Below are positions 19,579 through 30,275 of a stretch of 64,000 nucleotides of DNA, piece after piece (positions within the stretch are counted from its first letter, which is position 1; each line of letters starts with the position of its first letter). The notes under the pieces were generated by a model. That model did not search any database. It saw only the letters and a list, made by a program, of their open reading frames with translations, and was not told the DNA's origin. The stretch comes from Candidatus Poribacteria bacterium (lineage in GTDB: Bacteria; Poribacteria; WGA-4E; WGA-3G), in NCBI GenBank assembly GCA_965217715.1, contig OZ244563.1, forward strand, positions 1,445,083 to 1,509,082. The letters are read 5' to 3'. The position numbers and the translations under genes are program-made.

Positions 19579-20100
19579 ATGGCTAACTCAGAACAAAGAG
19601 GTAGACAAGCTTCAGTAGACGGATTCGCTCATGAGCACATTGTGGTCGGAATTCTGATGAAAAAATATCAAAACGTATCATTGGTTGATTTACCTTTGTC
19701 ACCTTACGATATCATTATCGTGCGTAAGGACGCTGATGATACTGAAGACATTATCCGTGCACAAGTCAAAACCGCTAAACAGTCTATTTCTTTCATCGGT
19801 GGATCGAGAGGTGGCGTTGATAGAGAATATCGATCAGGCGTTAAAACTTATAGACAATCCACTGCAACCTCAGACGTTGTTATTGGGATTCATCCAGTAG
19901 ACGATAATACCTACGAACTCTATTTTGTTCCTACGCTTCTTATAGAACACCTTAATCAACAGAGTATTTCTATTAACAAAATCGCTGATTTGAAAGAGAA
20001 TTACTACATTTTGGAAAACTGCAAAAATGAAGAAGTAATCATCGAAAAGTGCCAAGAATATCGTATTCTTACCTCTACTCCGAGCCTTTTCAAGAGTTGA
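19579..20100 (+). CDS. candidate cognate restriction endonuclease / PD-(D/E)xK-like small nuclease (173 aa)
   Basis: Starts 18 nt after the MTase stop. PYDIIIVRKD...IRAQVKT resembles a D...(E/Q)xK core. Assignment is weak. Confidence 0.35.
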   Translation: MANSEQRGRQASVDGFAHEHIVVGILMKKYQNVSLVDLPLSPYDIIIVRKDADDTEDIIRAQVKTAKQSISFIGGSRGGVDREYRSGVKTYRQSTATSDVVIGIHPVDDNTYELYFVPTLLIEHLNQQSISINKIADLKENYYILENCKNEEVIIEKCQEYRILTSTPSLFKS

Positions 20101-20208
20101 TCTCAAATTTTATCCTCTCTTCCAAGACGCTTCAAACCGAAACTGTGTGTCAAAATTTTCTTTCTAATGTCTTGGGTATATAGTTTTGTCTAAAAAGAGC
20201 AAAGCATC

Positions 20209-20910
20209 ATGATACAAGTTGAGTGCGAAAAAAGAAACAATTATCCACATAACAGAGAACTTCTCTTATTTGACAGATGTGCTTTTCAAGCTATTAGCAA
20301 CGAAGAACTGCTCAAAGTGAACGAAAAGTATAATGTCCTTTGCCCTCGGATATTTGTAATGGAATGTCTTGTGCCTAATAGGGAACCTGAACAAAGGAAA
20401 ATACTTTGCGAAAGATTGAGACTGATAGAAAATCCTATAGTTATTAAAGGCAACACCAATATATCCTTTAATCTAAAGATACTCCCAAATCCATTTTATG
20501 ACACACAGTTCCATACAATTCTTACATCAAGAGTAATCGCCAGGAATTGCATCGTATCCAATTCTATAACAATGGAGCGAGTCACACCGGAAGAACTTCT
20601 ATCACATTATGAAGCCCAAATAAGTGATTTCAAACGCGAGATACGGATGAAAACCAGTGCATTAGAGTCCAATAAAGCAAAACTTACTATTAATAAGCTC
20701 GCGGAAGCTCATAGATTCCGCCAAGGACCGGACAACGAAATTCCATCTAAGAAAGAACTCAAACGCCTGTTAGAAGAAGATGGACTCAGTTATGTAACAC
20801 AGGAATTGGAGTACGTTGCTAAAGAAGCACTGCAAGAAATCGAAAAAAAACCGGTAGACCAAATTATTGAAGAGTTCACGGGACTGCTCCTGCTTACCCC
20901 TAGTGGTTAG
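20209..20910 (+). pseudogene. N-terminal 231 codons of an unknown gene interrupted by an IS630-family element
   Basis: The ORF stop (tag 20908-20910) lies inside the IS left inverted repeat. The reading frame resumes exactly after the IS at 22155. Confidence 0.6.
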
Positions 20911-22152
20911 TCCAGTCTAACTTTTCGGGTATAGATGTTTTAATCTGACACGCGCATCGTCCGTTGTAAATTGCCAGTCTACCTGCTTTTGCTCTGCATT
21001 TCTACGTTTTTGCCACGCTTGTGTCTCTCTACGGAGTGTCTCTATATCTGGGATTCGACGACACAAACATTGGCGTGTAAGGACGCTAAGTTCTATTTCC
21101 GCTATATTCAACCAACTTCCATGAATGGGGGTATGCACGATTTCTAAACGCTTCCGGAACCTATCTGCTTCTTCATCTCCAAACACTTTATTGAGTGACG
21201 CGAGTTTATGTGTATTCAGGTTATCACAAACTAAAATGACCTGTTTTGCGGATGGGTAGACCTCATCCAATAGTATTTTGACTTCTTCTGCCCAATCCAC
21301 TGTCTTTCGGTGCGTCCGAACAGACACACGCCGCCATCCCGAGAGTGCCTCTGTAAATAGGAAGATATTTGCTGTGCCTTTGCGTTTATACTCGTTATCT
21401 ACGCGCTTGACTTGTCCCGGTTTCGCAGGATACGGTTCACGAACATCATCCCTAAGTGTGACAGATTGTTCGTCCATGTTCACAACAGGAGTATCCGCAG
21501 CCAAAGGTTTCTGGTAAAGATCAAGCACTTCTTCCATTGACTTTACAAACTCAGCGTCTTTTTCAGGGGGTATCACCCACTGTTGCTGAAGGTGTGGTTT
21601 CAACGCGTTTTTTTTAGTGTCTGCCGCACCGTTTCTGGAGAAATGTTTTCCACAACTTCAAGTCTTACCAACTCTGACGCAAGCAGACGTAACGTCCATT
21701 TGGCAGCACCTTCGGGAGGGGTTCCACAACTCAGTGCTATCAACCTTGCTTCTCCGTCACCATCAAGTTTACGAGGTGTCGGTGGATGCTTCCGCTTCGC
21801 ACGATATAAGGCACGAGAAAAGCCACCTTCCACAAAACGCTGACGCACTTTCGCAACTGTCCTATCAGTGCACTCATACGCCTCAGCTATTCTCGCGTCA
21901 GTCCAGCAGGGACCATTTATATCTGATTTCAGCAAAATATGAGCATGCCTTATCATATATGCCTCTTTTTTACCTGTGTTAATAATATCTGATAACTCCT
22001 GTCGTTCCGCATCGGTCAGTTGGACAACATATTTCTTATTCAAGGGTGTGTTCCTCCTTATGTATTGCTATACTATAAGAGAACACTTTTGTTTGTCAAG
22101 ATGCCGAGAAATCTACAAAAACCAAAACAAACTTTTAGGATGGACTATCCAC
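20903..22152 (-). mobile_element. IS630/Tc1-family insertion sequence (about 1.25 kb), inserted in CTAG with TA duplication
   Basis: Terminal IRs ctagtggttagtccagtctaa (20900-20920) and ttagactggactaaccactag-like ttaggatggactatccactag (22135-22155), matching 18/21. TA at 20901-2 and 22153-4, flanked by C...G. Confidence 0.8.
20917..22043 (-). CDS. IS630-family transposase in two frames (HTH ORF 21600-22043, DDE ORF 20917-21603) joined at an A8 run
   Basis: DDE region has VILVCDNLNTHK and HGSWLNIAEIELS. The ORFs overlap at cactaaaaaaaacg, which is either a -1 frameshift site or a homopolymer error. Confidence 0.75.
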
Positions 22153-22154
22153 TA

Positions 22155-22465
22155 GAGACACAAGGATACTTAGCGATCGAATAATTGGAGAAAAAAGATT
22201 CACAGCGAAAAATTACCCGGAATTGGCATATCCAATGTACATCTGTTATCTGGAGTACTTTATACTTTGTGCTACTCTGCACAACACAAAACATTTTGAC
22301 CAGTCATGGGCACGTGACTTTGAGTACCTAGAATACTTAAATTTTTGCGACAGATTTGTTGCAGATGAGTCGTCTACACCTAAAATAGTTCGATCACTTT
22401 TGTTTGACAACATAAACGAAACACCTATTAGTACTCTAACGGAACTAAAAGAAAGTCTAACTTAA
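22155..22465 (+). pseudogene. C-terminal 103 codons of the IS-interrupted gene
   Basis: In frame with 20209-20902 once the IS is removed. No stop until 22463-22465. Confidence 0.6.
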
Positions 22466-22625
22466 GTAAAAGGATTGCAATGGGTGTGTAAAGTTTTTGA
22501 CAGGAATACACCTTTTCTTTTGTTAGAAGGTCTTTCAACCCAACAAATCGGACTTACAGAGCCCTCCTACAAGAGAGATGAAATGGTTAATGTCAAAATA
22601 TTTTTACCCATTGCTACTATATGAA

Positions 22626-22652
22626 TTGACATATTCATAGTTATGCTATAAA
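22626..22652 (+). promoter_or_regulatory. candidate sigma70-like promoter (TTGACA-15/16-TATAAA) upstream of acs
   Basis: ttgaca 22626-22631, tataaa 22647-22652. About 60 nt upstream of the acs start. Confidence 0.3.
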
Positions 22653-22712
22653 ATGGAATCAAACTTAAGATAACAGAATGGCACAGAGATAAGTTCATAT
22701 AGGAGAGAATAG

Positions 22713-24656
22713 ATGGCTAACGATATTTTTCCACCGATGGAGACTGCCTATCCGATCAGTGATGCTCACGTCAACAGTTTGGAAGCATATCAGGCACGAT
22801 ACGCTGAATCAATTCAAGACCCAGAAGGTTTTTGGGCAGCAATTGCGGAGCGGTTGACGTGGTATCAAAAATGGGATACAGTTCGGGATTATGATTTTGT
22901 CAAAGCACAGATTAAATGGTTTGAAGGCGGCACGTTGAACGCCTGCTATAACTGCCTTGATCGACACGTGGAAGCAGGACACGGCGATGAGACAGCTATT
23001 ATTTGGGAAGGAAATGACCCTTCCGAAGATAAGACATTCAGTTTTAGCGAACTGCTGGTAGAGGTCAAAAAGTTCTCCAATGTCCTAAAAGCACAAGGCG
23101 TTGAAAAAGGTGACCGTGTCTGTATCTACTTGCAAATGGTGCCAGAGTTGGCAATTGCAATGTTGGCATGTGCAAGGATTGGTGCGGTTCATTCCATCGT
23201 TTTCGGTGCGTTTTCAGCCGAATCGCTGCGGGATCGGATTAACGATTCTGCGTGTAAACTGTTGATAACGCAAGATACAGCGCTGCGTGGTACTCGAAGC
23301 GACATCCCGATGAAGGCAAACGCCGATGCCGCAGTTGCAAATTGCCCATCTATTGAAAATGTAGTTGTCGTGAAACGCACTAGTGATGAGGTTGATTTTG
23401 ACGCTTCCCGTGATGTTTGGTGGCACGAAGCGATGGCAACTGCGGATGCCGAATGCGAACCTGAAGTCATGAATGCTGAAGACCCGCTTTTTATTCTTTA
23501 TACATCTGGGTCAACAGGAAAACCGAAAGGTGTTTTGCATACCACAGGCGGCTATCTGGTGTATACCTCTTATTCGCATCAGCAGGTTTTTGACTACCAT
23601 GAAGGTGATGTATATTGGTGCACCGCAGATATAGGTTGGATTACCGGACATTCTTATATTATCTACGGTCCGCTGACTAATCGTGCAATTAGCGTCATGT
23701 TTGAAGGTGTCCCGAATTACCCTGATTTTGGACGTTTTTGGCAAGTCGTTGAGAAGCACAAAATTAATCTTTTCTATACTGCCCCGACAGCCCTGCGTGC
23801 TTTGATGAAAGAGGGGGATACATGGGTAGAAAAATACGATAGGTCTACGCTAAGGTTGCTTGGCACAGTAGGGGAACCGATTAAAGAACCTGAATGGTTG
23901 TGGTATTATAACATTGTTGGTAACAAACGGTGTCCGATCATAGATACATGGTGGCAGACCGAAACAGGTGGAATTCTGATTACACCGTTACCCGCGGCGA
24001 CTCCGCTGAAACCGGGTTCTGCAACGTTCCCGTTCTTTGGCATTGAACCGGTGATATTAGATGAAGAAGGAAACGAAGTAGAAGGTAATCCCGCGACCGG
24101 TTATCTTTGCATTAAAACTGCTTGGCCCGGTATTATGCGCACAGTGTATGGCGACCATGAACGTTTCATTGATGTCTATTTTCGGCGATTCCCCGGCTAT
24201 TACATGACTGGCGATGGTGTGTTGCGTGACGAAGATGGATATTACTGGATTACAGGTCGAGTGGATGACGTGCTGAATGTTTCTGGACACAGGTTAGGCA
24301 CTGCTGAAGTTGAAGGTGCTATCGGGCAACATGATGCTGTTGCGGAAGCTGCGGTTGTCGGATACCCGCATGACATCAAGGGACAGGGTATCTATGCGTA
24401 TGTCACACTTATGACGGGTGAATCAGACTCAGATGACGTGGTAACAGGTATCAAACAGGCAGTACGGCAACATATCGGACCTATCGCTACACCTGATAAA
24501 ATTCAGTTTACACCCGCTTTGCCGAAAACCCGTTCGGGTAAAATTATGCGGCGCATTCTGCGTAAAATAGCAGAAGGTGATATATCTAATCTCGGTGATA
24601 CATCCACACTTGCCGATCCGACTGTGGTTGAAGCGTTAGTTGAAGGCAGACAGTAA
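22713..24656 (+). CDS. acs: acetyl-CoA synthetase (AMP-forming)
   Basis: [14 protein letters not shown]-binding motif. Length 647 aa. Acs-typical N-terminus ([16 protein letters not shown]) and C-terminal Lys region. Confidence 0.9.
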   Translation: MANDIFPPMETAYPISDAHVNSLEAYQARYAESIQDPEGFWAAIAERLTWYQKWDTVRDYDFVKAQIKWFEGGTLNACYNCLDRHVEAGHGDETAIIWEGNDPSEDKTFSFSELLVEVKKFSNVLKAQGVEKGDRVCIYLQMVPELAIAMLACARIGAVHSIVFGAFSAESLRDRINDSACKLLITQDTALRGTRSDIPMKANADAAVANCPSIENVVVVKRTSDEVDFDASRDVWWHEAMATADAECEPEVMNAEDPLFILYTSGSTGKPKGVLHTTGGYLVYTSYSHQQVFDYHEGDVYWCTADIGWITGHSYIIYGPLTNRAISVMFEGVPNYPDFGRFWQVVEKHKINLFYTAPTALRALMKEGDTWVEKYDRSTLRLLGTVGEPIKEPEWLWYYNIVGNKRCPIIDTWWQTETGGILITPLPAATPLKPGSATFPFFGIEPVILDEEGNEVEGNPATGYLCIKTAWPGIMRTVYGDHERFIDVYFRRFPGYYMTGDGVLRDEDGYYWITGRVDDVLNVSGHRLGTAEVEGAIGQHDAVAEAAVVGYPHDIKGQGIYAYVTLMTGESDSDDVVTGIKQAVRQHIGPIATPDKIQFTPALPKTRSGKIMRRILRKIAEGDISNLGDTSTLADPTVVEALVEGRQ

Positions 24657-24725
24657 TCTTCGAAAAATAAAAGCGGATTGTGTAGTAATTTTCATAAGGG
24701 CAGGTTCCTATGCCTGCCCAATTGC

Positions 24726-25238
24726 ATGAATGAGGAACACTTTGTGGCATCAGCACAAAAAATTGTAGATGTATTGAAAAAGTATAATATCACCCATGTG
24801 GTTGGTGTACCAGACAACGGCAGCGCGCGAATTTACGAATTATTGCGTGAAGATCAGGAAATTGAGGTTATTACAGTAACTCGCGAAGGTGAGGCATTCG
24901 CGATCGCAGCCGGATTATATGTTGGTGGCAAAAAACCTGTGATCATCATACAAAATACTGGCTTCCTTGAATCTGGCGATGCAATCCGCGGCACTGTTAT
25001 TAACATGCAAGTGCCTGTTGTTGTATTCATCGGCTATCGCGGATATCACAACCGTGATGCTGATGGGAAATGGGTTGATTCTGTTGCTACCTTTCTTGAA
25101 CCGACGCTCAAAGCTTGGAACTTGCCGTATCGGTTGTTAGAATCAGACGCTGATATTGGAAGCATTGATTGGGCTTATGGCAAATCTGCCGAAACTTCGT
25201 TGCCTACTGCAGTACTCCTGATTGGACAGGCGAAATAG
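24726..25238 (+). CDS. TPP-enzyme N-terminal (Pyr) domain protein, sulfopyruvate/phosphonopyruvate-decarboxylase alpha-subunit-like
   Basis: HVVGVPDNGSARIYELL...EGEAFAIAAGLYVGGKKPVIIIQNTG pattern. Start moved to the first ATG after an intergenic hairpin. Confidence 0.35.
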   Translation: MNEEHFVASAQKIVDVLKKYNITHVVGVPDNGSARIYELLREDQEIEVITVTREGEAFAIAAGLYVGGKKPVIIIQNTGFLESGDAIRGTVINMQVPVVVFIGYRGYHNRDADGKWVDSVATFLEPTLKAWNLPYRLLESDADIGSIDWAYGKSAETSLPTAVLLIGQAK

Positions 25239-25303
25239 AGCATAGAGGATCGGTTAAATTACCCGTAATATATTACGTTGAAAACTTGACTGGAGCGAAT
25301 TAA

Positions 25304-26506
25304 ATGTTAAGTGTTGAAGAAGCGCGTCAACAGATGTTAGAAACCATCCCTGTTTTGCCAACAGAAAAGCGGGAGATTCTCGACTGTGCAGGTTATGTTC
25401 TCGCCGAAGCACTGCATGCCTCTGAAAATATCCCACCTTTTGACAATTCTGCGATGGATGGTTTTGCAGTCCGTTCAGCAGACGTAAAGGACGCATCTAA
25501 AAAGAATCCTGCTATGCTTTCAGTTGTTGAGACTATCGCTGCAGGATATGCACCCGAAAAACATGTTTCAAGTGGACAAGCTGCACGGATTATGACCGGT
25601 GCAATGATGCCTGATGGAGCAGATGCAGTGGTGATGCAAGAGGTAACTGAACTTGTTGGAGATGAGGTCAAAATCTTTGAAAACGTTGAGGAAAACGAAA
25701 ATGTCCGCTTCACAGGTGAAAGTGTCAAACAAGAAGACTGCGTTATGTCTCCAGGGAAACTGCTTCGTCCACCAGAAGTATCAATGCTTGCTTCGCTTAA
25801 TTGTGCTGAAGTGACAGTGTATCGAAAACCTACAGTTGCCGTTGTCTCGACAGGTGATGAACTTACCCCACTCGGTGAACCGCTAATGCCGGGGAAAATT
25901 CGGGATAGCAATCGATACGGTATGTCCGCGCAAGTTCAGAACGCTGGCGGTATCCCAATTGATATGGGTATTGCTCCTGACGATGAGGCTGAAACAGAGA
26001 GAATCTTTCGTGAATCCCTTGCCAAAGCAGATGCTCTCATCACAAGTGGTGGCGTCTCGGTCGGTGAACACGACGTGGTGAAAAATGTCCTAACGAAATT
26101 GGGAAAGATGAATTTTTGGCGTGTTGCAATGAAGCCGGGCAAACCACAGGCTTACGGTATTATAGATGGAAAACCGATTTTCGGATTACCGGGCAATCCT
26201 GTGTCTTCACTCGTTGTGTTTGAACTCTTTGTACGTCCTGCGCTCCTGAAAATGGCTGGTCACACCGACTTACTACGTCCTACCTTTAAAGCGACCTTAG
26301 CAGCAAACGTTACGAACAAAGATGGACGCGTGAATTATATGCGTGCGATTCTTACAGAGCAGGATGGGCAATACATTGCCAAAACAACTGGGCCACAAGG
26401 CTCCGGTATTCTGCATTCCCTTGTATTGGCGAACGGATTGATTACCATTCCATCTGGTGTGACTTTACATGCAGGCGAGACCGTAGATGCGCAATTTTTA
26501 CACTAA
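25304..26506 (+). CDS. moeA: molybdopterin molybdotransferase
   Basis: DNSAMDGFAV and GGVSVGEHD motifs. 400 aa. Confidence 0.85.
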   Translation: MLSVEEARQQMLETIPVLPTEKREILDCAGYVLAEALHASENIPPFDNSAMDGFAVRSADVKDASKKNPAMLSVVETIAAGYAPEKHVSSGQAARIMTGAMMPDGADAVVMQEVTELVGDEVKIFENVEENENVRFTGESVKQEDCVMSPGKLLRPPEVSMLASLNCAEVTVYRKPTVAVVSTGDELTPLGEPLMPGKIRDSNRYGMSAQVQNAGGIPIDMGIAPDDEAETERIFRESLAKADALITSGGVSVGEHDVVKNVLTKLGKMNFWRVAMKPGKPQAYGIIDGKPIFGLPGNPVSSLVVFELFVRPALLKMAGHTDLLRPTFKATLAANVTNKDGRVNYMRAILTEQDGQYIAKTTGPQGSGILHSLVLANGLITIPSGVTLHAGETVDAQFLH

Positions 26507-26517
26507 ATATTACCGCT

Positions 26518-27255
26518 ATGGGCAGCGCAACAACACTCACCACATATTGGGGAGAGATGGCTTACACCGATTCAGGTGGATTGGGTCATTCTTTATTATT
26601 TCTACATGGTACTGGTTGTGATTCAAGGGATTGGAAGTCGGTAATTGAACATCTACCTCGCCATCAGCGTTGTATAACGCTTGATTTTCGTGGACACGGG
26701 CAGAGTAGTATACCCACCGAACCGTTTAAGTTAACTAACCTCGCTGATGATGTCCTACACCTTATAAACTTGCTGGGGATTCAGGAGGTAATACTCGTTG
26801 GTCATAGTCTCGGCGGTATGGTTGCGATGGAAGTGGCAAAACGTTCATCTTGTCTTGCAGGACTGGTTTTGCTTGAGGGATGGACGAGTCTCTCATCTGC
26901 AGGGAGTGCGTTTGACACAGGAAGGTTTTACGGTTCGCTGTCACAAGTAGAGATTAAGAACGTTCAACGGAAAGCTGAAGAGACGCGAAACCGTTTTAAG
27001 CCGAATGTCTGGGAAGGTTTTTGGACATCTGTCAAAGATTTTGATGCTTACAGTTACCTTGAAAAAGCATGCATTCCAATCTATGAGGTATTTGGCGGAA
27101 TGGGTAAAAATGAATCAACCGAGCAGAAGTTGAGAATTCCATCTAATCCAAATATTCAGTTGATATGGGTGTCTAATGTGGGGCACTATTTGCCACACGA
27201 ATGTCCGGAGTCGGTATCTGAAATCTGCATTAAATTTGTCGAGACATTTTCCTAA
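26518..27255 (+). CDS. alpha/beta-fold hydrolase
   Basis: LLFLHGTG oxyanion-hole region. GHSLGG nucleophile elbow. Confidence 0.7.
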   Translation: MGSATTLTTYWGEMAYTDSGGLGHSLLFLHGTGCDSRDWKSVIEHLPRHQRCITLDFRGHGQSSIPTEPFKLTNLADDVLHLINLLGIQEVILVGHSLGGMVAMEVAKRSSCLAGLVLLEGWTSLSSAGSAFDTGRFYGSLSQVEIKNVQRKAEETRNRFKPNVWEGFWTSVKDFDAYSYLEKACIPIYEVFGGMGKNESTEQKLRIPSNPNIQLIWVSNVGHYLPHECPESVSEICIKFVETFS

Positions 27256-27331
27256 CCGTTCTATTTGCCCGGAGGGTAGGTTCAATTTCCTAACCGAACT
27301 ATAGGCATCAATTTAGTGGATCTGCACCCTG

Positions 27332-27357
27332 GTAGATGCGGTTTCCCAACCGCATCG
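27332..27357. repeat. family-A palindromic element
   Basis: ggtagatgcggtttcccaaccgcatc. A degenerate copy sits at 27276-27300 and another at 27471-27496. Confidence 0.75.
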
Positions 27358-27396
27358 GACTTACCTGAGTTGGCAAACCAGCAATCCGTAAGACTT

Positions 27397-27454
27397 CTTT
27401 GTAGGAGGGCTTTGTAAGCCCGATATATCGGCTTGCAAACGCCTCCCACAAGAG
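27397..27454. repeat. family-B MITE-like element with terminal inverted repeats cttgtaggagggc / gcctcccacaag
   Basis: ctttgtaggagggctttgtaagcccgatatatcggcttgcaaacgcctcccacaagag. Confidence 0.7.
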
Positions 27455-27669
27455 CACCTTGGGATAATACGGAGCGGTTAGGAAACCGCTCCTACCATAG
27501 ATGTTCACATGTTTTAGATTTTACTATAAGAACACTATTTCTCAGGAATTTCAACCGGCAAATCCAGCCGGTCTCCCCACTCTTTCCAAGACCCAATATA
27601 GTTACTTACTTTCGGATAACCGATAAGACGCAACGCCAAATAGGTTTGAGAAGAGCGGTAACCACCCTG

Positions 27670-28374
27670 TCAGTAACACATTACCTGTTTCTCTGGTGTG
27701 ATGCCCACTGCTTCATACATTTGCCGAAGTTCATCTGCGGATTTAAATGAGCCGTTTTCATCAAGGTTATTGAGCCACTCTATATGGATGGAGCCAGGAA
27801 TAGCACCTGCACGGTCAGCGCGGGCAACCCTACCGTAATGTTCATCATCTGTACGGGTATCCAAGGGAATGAAATCTTCTTGGTTTAGCGATGCATGAAT
27901 CACATCCGCATCCATGTGTATATTATGTTTTGCTTCTATCGGAAATTGTGGTACTTCAGGCGGTTCAACGCCTTCAGTGCTGACCGGTCCGTCTGCGGCT
28001 ATCCATGCTTTGAAACCGCCATCAAGTAAACGGGTATTAGAATGACCTAAATACTCGCAAAACCACAAGCCGCGAGAAGCACGTGTTCCTGAAATATCCT
28101 CATACCATATAATTGTTTTAGCATGGTCAAGACCTCGTTGTTGAAACAGATAAGCAATCATCCACATAAAGGAATTAAGTGTTTCTTTGCGTGTATTGAT
28201 GAGGCTCAACCCGAACAGATCAAGATGAAGTGCACCCGGAATATGTCCGCGTAGATATTCATGCGTTGGACGCGTATCAACGATGCATAACGTATCATCG
28301 TCAAGATTGCTTTTCAATTCCTCAGCTGAAATTACCAGTTGAGGATTCACGTAACCTTTGTACGCCATTTTCAA
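27670..28374 (-). CDS. two-domain rhodanese-type sulfurtransferase (thiosulfate/3-mercaptopyruvate)
   Basis: Tandem rhodanese-like halves (HIPGALHLD..., IPGSIHIEW). Active-site Cys loop CEYLGHSNTR. Confidence 0.65.
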   Translation of the reverse strand: MKMAYKGYVNPQLVISAEELKSNLDDDTLCIVDTRPTHEYLRGHIPGALHLDLFGLSLINTRKETLNSFMWMIAYLFQQRGLDHAKTIIWYEDISGTRASRGLWFCEYLGHSNTRLLDGGFKAWIAADGPVSTEGVEPPEVPQFPIEAKHNIHMDADVIHASLNQEDFIPLDTRTDDEHYGRVARADRAGAIPGSIHIEWLNNLDENGSFKSADELRQMYEAVGITPEKQVMCY

Positions 28375-29759
28375 ACTGCCTTTCTGGTAGGATTTCCTCT
28401 ACCATTTTTAATAATCTCTATTGTTTTCCATCTTCCGGTGCGATACCAAAGCCACATAGCAGCACCTTGTACTACATTTGAAAGTGCAATTCCGATCCAA
28501 ACTCCTATCAGTCCGATAAAATGTGACAATAAAATAACAAGCCCTAAACCGACTCCCATTTGTGCAGCGAGGGTAATAATCATTGGTGAAAGGGTATCGC
28601 CTGCACCGTTAAGTGCTTTGCCCAATACTAAGGAAAATGCTATAAATCCAAATGTGAGCGATAGAAACTGAAGGTAAACAGATCCAATTTTTATGACTTC
28701 TGAATCATTGGTAAAAATCTGAATAAACATATCCGGAAAAATGAGGAAAAGCGCGCCAATACCTGCCATAACCGTTGTCCCTAACATATTTCCCACTTTA
28801 GCCGATTTTTCTGCGCGTTCTATCTGATTTGCACCTAAGTTCTGTCCGACTACAGGGGCAACAGCATTCGCAATGCCAAAACCGGGGTTCATTACCAATA
28901 TTCGGAGGCGCATGCAAATCGTATAGGCAGCAACTACATTTTTGCCGTAGGGACCTATGACCCATAGGAAACCGAGACGAGATAAATGTCGCCAGAACCC
29001 TTGCATAGAACTATAAATGCCTAACCTTAAAATGTCAAGCATTTCTACGAGGTCTGCGCGAAATTGGACGTTGCGTAAGGATATTGGGGCACGTCCGCTA
29101 AAACAGAGAAAAAGCAGAATAATGACACCGACACCTCTTCCGATGAGCGTAGCGTAGGCTGAACCTGCTACACCCAGTTTTGGGAATTTCCAAAGTCCAA
29201 AAATTAACAGCGGATCAAGGACAATGTTAATCAATGTGGATAAAATTAATACAACCATCGGTGTGACGGCATCACCGCCTGCACGGAATATTGACCCAAG
29301 CGTCATGGACAAAAACATCGTGCTGATACCGACAAGAATAATATGCATGTAAGTTGTACCGAGCTGTATCACCTCCGCGTCTGTTATTCGGACAGCACGT
29401 AAACCGAATTCTGCTAACGGGTAACCAACAATACCTATACCGATTGCAAAGAAAAATGCAAGTAGGATAGCCTGCATTGCGACGTATCCAGCTTGCGCGT
29501 GATTTCTTGCTCCCAAGTATTGTGCTACCATAATCCCCGCACCAGTTGAAATACCGAGAGAGAAAACAGCAATTAACCTTAACAAATTGCCGCTGACTCC
29601 AACAGCTGCGATTGCTGCCGGTCCAAGCCTTCCAACGAAAATCATATCAACCACATTAAATGCGTCTTGAAGAATGTAGCCAAAAGTTATCGGTACTGCA
29701 AGATGTAGCAGATGACGTAGAAGACTACCTTGAGTCAAATCACCTTGTGTTCTATCCAT
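28371..29759 (-). CDS. MATE-family multidrug efflux transporter
   Basis: 12-TM hydropathy. N-terminal LLRHLLHLAVPITFGYILQ and family-typical spacing. Confidence 0.8.
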   Translation of the reverse strand: MDRTQGDLTQGSLLRHLLHLAVPITFGYILQDAFNVVDMIFVGRLGPAAIAAVGVSGNLLRLIAVFSLGISTGAGIMVAQYLGARNHAQAGYVAMQAILLAFFFAIGIGIVGYPLAEFGLRAVRITDAEVIQLGTTYMHIILVGISTMFLSMTLGSIFRAGGDAVTPMVVLILSTLINIVLDPLLIFGLWKFPKLGVAGSAYATLIGRGVGVIILLFLCFSGRAPISLRNVQFRADLVEMLDILRLGIYSSMQGFWRHLSRLGFLWVIGPYGKNVVAAYTICMRLRILVMNPGFGIANAVAPVVGQNLGANQIERAEKSAKVGNMLGTTVMAGIGALFLIFPDMFIQIFTNDSEVIKIGSVYLQFLSLTFGFIAFSLVLGKALNGAGDTLSPMIITLAAQMGVGLGLVILLSHFIGLIGVWIGIALSNVVQGAAMWLWYRTGRWKTIEIIKNGRGNPTRKAV

Positions 29760-29840
29760 TCATATCCTTACTGCTCTGCTGTATAGTCAATTCCCTTGAC
29801 ACTCCATAACTCTCAACTTAAGCAAAAATTGCTGAATTTT

Positions 29841-29908
29841 CTCTTGTGGGAGGGCTTTGAAAGCCCGATTTATTATCCAAAGGTAGGCGCGTTTTGTAAA
29901 CGCGCCGG
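29841..29908. repeat. family-B-related element (tcttgtgggagggctttgaaagcccgatt...ggcgcgttttgtaaacgcgcc)
   Basis: Shares the gggagggctttg-aagcccgat module. The second half is a separate 21-bp palindrome. Confidence 0.6.
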
Positions 29909-30275
29909 GGTTGTCTGAACCAGGATTCGCAAGATTACAAGATTTTCAGGATTATCTCTATTCTGTACGGATACGCCTTAGGTTTGAATTTCGTATCGCA
30001 AACTTTTAGTTTGCGGACATTGGTGCACAAACTAAAAGTTTGTACTACAAACAACTAAACCTACACGCTAAATTTACACCCATGGGTGTCGCTTCGCTCT
30101 ACCGGACCTACGAAAGAAACTAATGCTATTTGCACTTGCAATTTAACGGCAACTGATTTATACTCAAATAATTGTAATGCTCATAATTTCTACGCTCGGT
30201 AAGCGTTGTTTCAAACCGCGCCTACAAAAAGTTTTCATATATTCTCGAATTTTGAAATAAGGAAAGGAAATAACT

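Noticed and set aside
24698-24722. Hairpin gggcaggttcctatgcctgccc after acs as a Rho-independent terminator
   Set aside because: A good 7-bp GC stem, but no downstream T-tract. It might still be a transcript-processing or stability element.
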